Assembly: GCA_963791425.1 (NCBI GenBank)
Contig: CAWBSE010000003.1
Coordinates: 858,078 to 922,077, forward strand
DNA length: 64,000 nt
Direction: 5' to 3'
Source of the DNA: an uncultured Actinomycetes bacterium
GTDB taxonomy: Bacteria > Actinomycetota > Thermoleophilia > Gaiellales > Gaiellaceae
Below are positions 57,192 through 64,000 of this stretch, piece after piece. The notes beneath the pieces were generated by a model. The model was not told the DNA's origin and made no database searches. It saw only the letters and a list, made by a program, of their open reading frames with translations. Every line of letters starts with the position of its first letter. Position 1 is the stretch's first letter. Made by a program: the position numbers and the translations under genes.

Positions 57192-58499
57192 GTGACGAAA
57201 CGTCTTTTCGTGGCGTTCCTGGTTGGGGTGGCCGGGACGCTCGTGCTCGCTACTGTCAGTTCAGGCGGGACGAGCAAGAAGCAGGCAACCCCGCTACCCG
57301 CGGCGTCGTGCGCCCCGCTCGTCTACAAGGGCGCGGGGACGCCGAAGTTCATCATGGCCTCCGACCTGCCTCGCCAGGGGGCGCAGCGGTCGCAGTCGAA
57401 CCAGATGGTGCAGGCGGAGCAGTTCATCCTGAGCGGAGCGGGTTGGAAGGCCGGCGCGTACACGGTCGGCTTCCAGGATTGCGACGACTCGACCGCACAG
57501 GCGGGCAAGTGGGACTCGGCCAAGTGCTCGCAGAACGCCAACTCGTACGCCAATGACAAGGACGTCATCGGCGTGGTCGGGACGTTCAACTCGGGCTGCT
57601 CTGAGATCATCGTCCCGATCCTCAACCGCGCCCCGGGCGGGTCGGTCGGAATGGTCAGCCCGGCGAACACGTACACCGGCCTGACCACCGCCGGACCCGG
57701 AACCGCCCCGGGCGAGCCGGGCAAGTACTACCCGACCGGCAAGCGGAACTACGCCCGCGTCGTGGCCCAGGACGAGTACCAGGGCGCTGCCGACGCGATG
57801 CTCGCAAAGCGGCTCGGGGTCAAGAGCATGTACATCCTGAACGACAAGGAGGCCTACGGTCTCGGCGTCGCTACGAACACGCGCAACTCTGCCACGACCT
57901 TGAAGATCAAGGTCGCCGGGTTCTCCGCGTACGACCCGAAGGCCTCGGACTACACGGCGCTCGCCTCGAAGATCAAGGGCACCGGTGCAGGCGCTCTCTA
58001 CATCGGGGGCCTGGTCTGCGAGAACGGCGGCAAGCTGATCAAGGATATGCGGGCGACGCTCGGCCCGAAGGTCAAGCTGATCCTCCCCGACGGGTTCACG
58101 CCGATCTCGGCCACGGCCCAAGGTGCGGGTAAGGCCGCCGACGGCGCGTACGTCAGCGTCGCGGGTCTCCCCAACTCGCAGCTGAAGGGGACGGGCAAGG
58201 CGTTCCTCGTGGCGTTCACGAAGCAACTGCACGGCACGCCGCCGAATCCGTACGCGGTCTATGCCGCGCAGGCCGCGGTCGTGATGCTGAACGCGATCGC
58301 GAAGTCGAACGGCACTCGCGCCAGCGTCACGCAGCAGATCTTCAAGACAAACCTGGCCAACAGCATCCTTGGGACGGTCAAGTTCGACGCCAATGGTGAC
58401 GTCCAGGGCGGCCCGGTCGCGATCTACCTGATCAAGGCCGGGAAGAGCACCGACTACACGGTGCTGTACCCGCCGCAGTCGCTGATCAAAAAGGCGTAG
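57192..58499 (+). CDS. ABC transporter substrate-binding protein (branched-chain amino-acid/LivJ-like, Peripla_BP_6)
   Basis: GTG after AAGGAGGAGG. Signal peptide. VIGVVGTFNSGCSEIIVPILNRA..SPANTYTGLT. Confidence 0.8.
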   Translation: MTKRLFVAFLVGVAGTLVLATVSSGGTSKKQATPLPAASCAPLVYKGAGTPKFIMASDLPRQGAQRSQSNQMVQAEQFILSGAGWKAGAYTVGFQDCDDSTAQAGKWDSAKCSQNANSYANDKDVIGVVGTFNSGCSEIIVPILNRAPGGSVGMVSPANTYTGLTTAGPGTAPGEPGKYYPTGKRNYARVVAQDEYQGAADAMLAKRLGVKSMYILNDKEAYGLGVATNTRNSATTLKIKVAGFSAYDPKASDYTALASKIKGTGAGALYIGGLVCENGGKLIKDMRATLGPKVKLILPDGFTPISATAQGAGKAADGAYVSVAGLPNSQLKGTGKAFLVAFTKQLHGTPPNPYAVYAAQAAVVMLNAIAKSNGTRASVTQQIFKTNLANSILGTVKFDANGDVQGGPVAIYLIKAGKSTDYTVLYPPQSLIKKA

Positions 58500-58523
58500 T
58501 TCCGACCACCGACGTCGTACTCC

Positions 58524-58553
58524 AGAGGGGGAGGGCGAGAGCCCTCCCCCTCT
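58524..58553 (+). terminator. Intrinsic-type terminator after the SBP gene
   Basis: AGAGGGGGAGGGC-gaga-GCCCTCCCCCTCT, a 13-bp perfect stem, then TCGTTTC. Confidence 0.65.
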
Positions 58554-58637
58554 TCGTTTCGGTGGTTGCAAAGGTGGAAAGCGGGCGCCGCGGTACGGTT
58601 CACGCCGCTGGTCGGAATTCACTAGTCTCGGGTTTCC

Positions 58638-59648
58638 GTGCGTAAGGGTTCGATTCTCCAGATCCTGGGGCTGGGCATCCTGTTCGGAGTGGCGGGGACG
58701 CTCGTCGCCCTCCTGATCCCCTGGCTGCCCCCCGTCGCGTCCAAGCAGCGCGACCGGATCGACTTCGTCTTCTGGGTGACGACCGCGATCTGCATCGGCG
58801 TGTTCGCGCTCGTCTTCGCCGTCATCACCTACTCGGTGCTCAAGTTCCGCGTCCGTCCCGACGACGACTCCGACGGCCCGCCGATCCACGGCAACACCGT
58901 GATCGAGATCGTGTGGACGGCGCTGCCGGCGATCCTGGTCACCGTCATCTCCGTGGTCAGCGCCGTCGCGCTCGTCCAGAACGAGGCGACCGGCAAGGAC
59001 ACGATGAACGTGAACGTGACCGCCCGGCAGTTCATCTGGTCGTTCGCATATCCGGACGACGGCGGCCTGACCTCGGCGCAGCTCCGGCTGCCGCTCGGCC
59101 GCACGGTGAAGCTCCACCTGCGCGCGCTCGACGTCATCCACTCGTTCTGGGTGCCCGAGTTCGGGCAGAAGGAGGACGCGGTGCCCGGCCAGGAGACGAG
59201 CCTGGTGATCACGCCGACCAAGATCGGGACGTACAACGTGATCTGCACCGAGCTCTGCGGTCTCGGCCACGCCCTGATGCGGACTTCGGCGATCGTGATG
59301 CCACCGGCCGCGTTCCGGGCATGGGTGCACGACCAGAAAGAGGCTGCGAAGAGCCCGGGCGGCGGGGGGCAGGCGGTGTTCGCCGCCAACGGCTGCGCGA
59401 GCTGCCACACGCTGAAGGCCGCCAACGCGACGGGGACGGCAGGGCCCGACCTGGATAAGCTCCCCGACTACGCGAAGCAGGCGGGCAAGCCGCTCGAGGA
59501 CTTCGTCAGAGAGTCGATCGTCGATCCGAATGCCTATGTCCAGCCCGGCTTCCCGAAGAACCTGATGCCGCCGTTCTCGACCCTGCCCAAGGACCAGCTC
59601 GACGCGCTGGTCACGTACCTGATCGCCTCCAGCAAGGGAGCGAAGTGA
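58638..59648 (+). CDS. ctaC: Cytochrome c oxidase subunit II with fused C-terminal cytochrome c domain (caa3-type)
   Basis: CuA site HSFWVPEFG..CTELCGLGHALM. Heme c site CASCH. Confidence 0.9.
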   Translation: MRKGSILQILGLGILFGVAGTLVALLIPWLPPVASKQRDRIDFVFWVTTAICIGVFALVFAVITYSVLKFRVRPDDDSDGPPIHGNTVIEIVWTALPAILVTVISVVSAVALVQNEATGKDTMNVNVTARQFIWSFAYPDDGGLTSAQLRLPLGRTVKLHLRALDVIHSFWVPEFGQKEDAVPGQETSLVITPTKIGTYNVICTELCGLGHALMRTSAIVMPPAAFRAWVHDQKEAAKSPGGGGQAVFAANGCASCHTLKAANATGTAGPDLDKLPDYAKQAGKPLEDFVRESIVDPNAYVQPGFPKNLMPPFSTLPKDQLDALVTYLIASSKGAK

Positions 59649-59678
59649 CCGCCGTCGCCGAGACGCACGCATTCGCCG

Positions 59679-61584
59679 GTGAGCGCGCCCCGGACGCCGA
59701 AGACGCTCCGCGACTACTTCCTGAAGGCGGGCTGGATTCGCGCCGCCTGGATGATGTGCCTCTTCTGGGGCATCGGCCTCGGCATCGTCCTGCTCTTCCG
59801 CTCGTGGGCCGGCTGGGATCCGCTCTTCCTGTGGTCGGTGATCACCGTCGTGGCGACGCTGACCATGGCGCCGATCGGCTTCCTCGGCGGGCTCGGCTGC
59901 TTCGACTACTGGATCCGGTACGCGACCGGCGCGCCGACCGTGCCCGAGGACCACTCGAGCCACGGCGGCAAGACCTGGCACGACTACTTCCGCCCGAACA
60001 CCGACCACAAGGTGATCGGCGTCCAGTACCTCGTCACGACGATCGTCTTCTTCGTCGCGGGCGGGATGATGGCGATGCTGTTCCGCGCGGAGCTCGCGCG
60101 GCCGGGCATGCAGTTCGTCGACAACCAGACCTTCAACGGCCTGGTGTCGGTGCACGCGGCCCTGATGATCTTCCTGTTCGTGATCCCGGCGTTCGCCGGC
60201 CTCGGCAACTACGTGATCCCGCTGATGATCGGCGCGCCGGACATGGCGTTCCCGCGGTTGAACGCGCTCTCGTACTGGCTGCTGCCGGTCGCCGGCACGA
60301 TGATGCTGCTCAGCTTCCTCGTCCCCGGCGGTGCGTTCGCGACCGGCTGGACGAGCTACGCGCCCCTGGCGACCGACCAGCCGCTGGGGCAGGTGTTCTT
60401 CAACATGGGCGTCCAGTGGGCAGGCGCGTCGTCGATCATGACCGCGCTCAACTTCCTGGTCACGATCATCACCATGCGCGCGCCGGGGATGACCTTCTGG
60501 CGCATGCCGCTGCTGGTGTGGGCGAACTTCACGACCTCGCTGCTGGTCGTGATCGCGACGCCGTTCATCGCCGGCTCGCAGTTCTTCGTGATGTTCGACC
60601 GCATCATGCACACCAACTTCTTCGATGCGGCCGACGGCGGCTACGTGCTCGGGTACCAGCACATCTTCTGGTTCTACTCGCACCCGGCGGTCTACATCAT
60701 GATGTTGCCAGGCTTCGGGATAGCCTCGGAGGTCATATCCACGATGTGCCGGAAGCCGATCTTCGGCTACCGGCTGATGGCCCTGTCACTGATGGCGATC
60801 CTCGTTCCTCGGCTTCTCCGTGTGGGCACACCACATGTTCGTCGCCGGCGTCGCGCCGTGGCTGCGCATCCCGATGATGGTCACGTCGATGATCATCGCG
60901 GTGCCGACCGGGATCAAGGTGTTTTCCTGGCTGGCAACGATGTGGGAGGGGAAGATCCACTTCAACACGCCGATGCTGTTCGCGCTCGGCTTCGTGTCGA
61001 TGTTCGTGATCGGCGGCCTCTCCGGCATCTACCTCGCCGCCGTGCCGATCGACATCCACGTCTCCGACACGTACTTCGTCGTCGCCCACATTCACTACGT
61101 GCTGTTCGGCGGCTCCCTGTTCACGATCTTCGCGGGCATCTACTACTGGTTCCCGAAGATGACGGGGAAGATGTACAACGAGCGGCTCGGGAAGATCCAC
61201 TTCTGGATGACGTTCGTCGGGTTCAACCTCACGTTCTTCCCGATGCACTACCTCGGGACGCAGGGGATGCCGCGCCGCGTGTCCGACTACGCGCCGCGGT
61301 TCGGGACCCTGAACATGATCATCTCGATCTCGTCGTTCTTCCTCGGGATCTCGATCCTCGTGTTCCTCTACAACATGATCGTCAGCTGGGCCCGCGGCCC
61401 GCTGGCCGGCTCGAACCCGTGGCGCGCGAAGACGCTCGAGTGGCAGGTGTCGTCGCCGCCGCCGTACTTCAACTTCGACGAGATCCCGCAGATCGTCGGC
61501 GGCCCGTACGAGTACGGCGTGCCCGACGCGCAGCACGCGGTGTTCAACGGCGACCGCACCGAGCACGAAGAGGTGCACGCGTGA
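59679..61584 (+). pseudogene. ctaD: Cytochrome c oxidase subunit I, single frame disruption near 60800; N-terminal two-TM extension
   Basis: ORF 59679 frame runs up to ..LMALSLMAILV. ORF 60820..61584 frame resumes at FSVWAHHMFVAG. Motifs TDHKVIGVQYL, GNYVIPLMIGAPDMAFPR and HPAVYIMMLPGFG. Confidence 0.85.
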
Positions 61585-62425
61585 GGCATCTCCTGGTCGT
61601 CGCGAACGAGACCGTCGCCGGCAAGGAGCTGACCGACGCCGTGAAGAAACACGACGGCACCGGTGACCTCCAGGTCACGGTCGTCTGCCCGGTGAACGCG
61701 CCGAACGAGGGCTACGTCGTCTACCAGGACACGCGCCATGCGGCCGCGCGGCGGCGGCTCGACAAGACGCTCGCCGACCTGCGCGCGTCGGGTATCGCCG
61801 CCGACGGCTTCGTCGTCGAGTCCGATCCCGTCGACGCCGTGCGCGACGCGCTCGTCGCAGCTCGAGCCGCCCGTCGACGAGATCATCGTCTCGACGCACC
61901 CGGAGTCGAAGTCCGGCTGGCTGCGCCGCGACGTCGTCGAGGGGATCGACGAAGGTGGCGGGCGACATCCCCGTCGAGCACGTCGTCGTCGACCTGGCCC
62001 GCGAGGGCGGCGAGGCGAACGTGCTCGTGATCGCGAACGAGACGGTGCTCGGCGACGCGCTGCTCGCGCGGATCAAGGAGCGCGCGGCGAAGCAGCCGCC
62101 GGCGAGCTTCATGCTGATCTGCCCGCAGAGCGACCCGCTGATGCACGGCCATCCGGACGCCGAGCGGCGCCTGCGCCGCGCTCTCGCCGCCCTGCGCGGC
62201 GCCGGGATCGACGCCCACGGCCAGATCGCGCACCCCGACCCGTACACGGCGGCGATGCACGCCGTCCACGACGAGCGGGTCGACGAGATCATCGTCTCGA
62301 CGTTCCCGGGCGAGGCGCGCTCGAGCTGGCTGCGCAAGGACGTGGTCACGCGGCTGCGCGACGCAACGAAGCTGCCCGTCGAGCACATCGAGGTCGAGCC
62401 CGCACCGGAGGCGGTGACCGCATGA
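61581..62425 (+). pseudogene. Unknown internally duplicated two-domain protein inside the oxidase operon; two frame disruptions (about 61857 and 61952)
   Basis: GTG at 61581 (GTGA overlap with the ctaD stop). Repeat 1: RHLLVVANETVAGKEL..VDEIIVSTHPESKSGWLRRDVV..IPVEHVVV. Repeat 2: NVLVIANETVLGDAL..VDEIIVSTFPGEARSSWLRKDVV..LPVEHIEV. ATGA overlap with ctaE. Confidence 0.65.
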
Positions 62426-63027
62426 GCGCCCACGCCGAGCCGGCCCACGACCACCACGGCCCGCCGGTCGCGAACCAGAGCTCGACCGTCGACGCGCGCG
62501 TCCTCGGGATGCTCATGTTCATCGGGTCGGAGGTCATGCTCTTCGGCTCGTTCTTCACCGCCTACTTCTTCGTCCGGGTCGTCAACCACCCGCCGCACTG
62601 GCCGCCGCTCGGCTTCCACCTGCCCGTCTTCGTCGCCGGCGTCAACACGGTGATCCTGGTCACCTCCAGCTTCACGATGCACTGGGCGCTGACGTCGATC
62701 AAGCGCGGCGACCGCGCCGGGTTGAAGGCCGGGCTCTCCCTCACCTTCCTGATGGGCTTCTCGTTCCTGGCGACGCAGATCATGGAGTACGCGCGCATCG
62801 GCTTCGCGCCGCGCGACAACGCCTTCACGACGATCTTCTTCTCGCTCACCGGGCTGCACGGTGCCCACGTCTTCGTCGGACTGACCATCCTGCTGGTTAC
62901 GGCCATCCGTGCGTTCAGAGGCCACTACTCGCCGGACCATCACCATGGTGTCGAGCTCGCCGGGATCTACTGGCACTTCGTCGACATCATGTGGATCGTC
63001 GTCTACTTCACCGTCTACATCATCTGA
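62422..63027 (+). CDS. ctaE: Cytochrome c oxidase subunit III
   Basis: MSAHAEPAHDHHGPP..LGMLMFIGSEVMLFGSFFTAYF..FFSLTGLHGAHVFVG..YWHFVDIMWIVVY. Confidence 0.9.
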   Translation: MSAHAEPAHDHHGPPVANQSSTVDARVLGMLMFIGSEVMLFGSFFTAYFFVRVVNHPPHWPPLGFHLPVFVAGVNTVILVTSSFTMHWALTSIKRGDRAGLKAGLSLTFLMGFSFLATQIMEYARIGFAPRDNAFTTIFFSLTGLHGAHVFVGLTILLVTAIRAFRGHYSPDHHHGVELAGIYWHFVDIMWIVVYFTVYII

Positions 63028-63191
63028 GGAATCCGCTCCGCAGCGAGGCCGCGGCGTTCCGGTTCCTGATCGGGACGGGGATCTACTTTGCGGTGATCGC
63101 GATCGCGGCGGCGCTCGGCGGCCCCTGGGTGGGGCTCGGGGTGTTCGTCGCCCTTACTGCCGGCGTGCTGGTCTGGGCGTTTCGAGCCTGA
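62991..63191 (+). CDS. Possible small two-TM protein trailing ctaE (start uncertain)
   Basis: ORF 62991..63191: ..FRFLIGTGIYFAVIAIAAALGGPWVGLGVFVALTAGVLVWAF. The only canonical in-frame start is GTG 62991, inside ctaE. Confidence 0.35.
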   Translation: MDRRLLHRLHHLRNPLRSEAAAFRFLIGTGIYFAVIAIAAALGGPWVGLGVFVALTAGVLVWAFRA

Positions 63192-63853
63192 CCGCCATCA
63201 GAACGTAGAAGACGAGGTAGGCGGCGGTGAGCAGCACCGTGACGGCGACGGTCACGGCCGCGGCGCGCGCGAGCGAGGCGGGGTCGGCGAGGTGCGCGTG
63301 GAGCTGCGCCAGCCTCGCGCCGGGCTGCGTGAGCATGTCCCAGCTGTTCCAGCGCTTCACGCGCCCGAGGTAGACGCCGACGCTGACGAGCCCGAGCACG
63401 CCGAAGACGCCCACCCAGCCGGCGGCGGCGCCGAACCGGTGCCGTGCGACCGCGTGCACGAGGTACAGCGAGACGAAGCCGAGCAGCATCCCCGTCCACG
63501 CGAAGGCCGAGACCTCGACGCCGTCGAGCCACAGCGGCGCCCGTGAGACGCGCGAGAGGTGGACGAAGTCGGTGACGATGTACGGCGCGTTCGGCAGGAA
63601 CAGCAGCCAGAGCACGAGCGCCGGCGCCAGGACGAGCAGCGGCCGCCCGCGGCGGTAGCGGTCGTAGATCGAGCAGCGCGAGCAGCAGCGGGATCCAGGC
63701 GAGGAACAGGTTCCAGATCAGGAACCGGAAGCCGTAGGCGTCGTAGTGGCGTTCGCGGACGAGCTCGAGCCCCAGGCACAGCGCCGAGGCCACGCCCAGG
63801 CCGGCGAGCACGACGAGACGCTCGTTGGGGAACCGGCGTGTGCGAATACCCAC
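63154..63853 (-). pseudogene. DUF1361-like membrane protein, one frame disruption near 63670 (start GTG 63853 or ATG 63916)
   Basis: FRFLIWNLFLAWIPLLLALL (ORF 63083..63916 frame) continues after a 1-nt slip as IYDRYRRGRPLLVLAPALVLWLLFLPNAPYIVTDFVHL (ORF 63154..63615 frame). Confidence 0.6.
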
Positions 63854-64000
63854 GGGTACAGGGTAATCGCGGCGCTTTAGGACGAGGTAAGCACCGCGGG
63901 TCCCCGTCTGGGTCACCGCGGATCGGTGAACTCCCCGATTTCCGCCCCCGGCCCCGCTCGATACGACTGCCTGTCGATGGCGTTCCAGACGATCATCGAG

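Noticed and set aside
59645-59681. GTG at 59645 (GTGA overlap with the ctaC stop) as an alternative ctaD start
   Set aside because: It is in a different frame from the conserved CtaD sequence and would need yet another undetected indel. It is kept as a caveat under the CtaD extension finding.
57294-60683. 1129-aa ORF on the minus strand, plus similar very long ORFs (230..2200 part of 230..3529; 6951..8339 -; 10047..12173 +; 23027..25207 +; 42383..44212 -)
   Set aside because: They are antisense or out of frame to strongly conserved genes (SBP, ctaC/ctaD, lon, M23 and others). Their translations are Arg/Pro/Gly/Asp-rich low-complexity strings. These are typical shadow ORFs of a GC3-saturated genome.
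63977-64000. ATG at 63977 (MAFQTIIE...) as a possible plus-strand gene start at the window edge
   Set aside because: Only 8 codons are visible, which is not enough to support a call.

Overview
Very GC-rich, GC3-saturated chromosomal segment. Gene content suggests Actinomycetota (MMPL, LLM/F420-type oxidoreductase, SARP/BTAD and LAL regulators, caa3-type ctaC); the lineage is inference only. I support about 65 genes. Conserved backbone: GT2 polyprenol-P mannosyltransferase, polX, group II decarboxylase, otsB-NUDIX, hsp20-lon, MMPL, an FHA regulator coupled to dTDP-rhamnose genes (rmlA, fused rmlCD, rmlB), SpoIID-S8 protease-LLM, a UDP-GlcNAc to UDP-ManNAc(3NAc)A-like sugar operon, a NarL-type two-component system, a six-gene MoxR/DUF58/VWA operon, and a cytochrome c oxidase operon (ctaC-ctaD-X-ctaE). 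The backbone is interrupted at 28.8-41.7 kb by two tandem islands in tRNA-Lys(CTT). They are delimited by three perfect copies of the 44-nt tRNA 3' half and carry only integrase remnants. Main candidates for something new: (1) Island 1 carries a membrane-tethered SARP regulator (wHTH-BTAD, TM, YVTN propeller, family-5 SBP). It is flanked by two paralogous 'small CxC protein + secreted enzyme' cassettes, each preceded by the same CTAG-containing inverted repeat. (2) An internally duplicated gene of unknown function is translationally coupled between ctaD and ctaE. Caveat: at least 14 single-base frame disruptions hit otherwise conserved genes, and nearly all are one surplus base. This looks more like consensus error than mass pseudogenisation. 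Many long ORFs in the supplied track are high-GC shadow frames and were not called.
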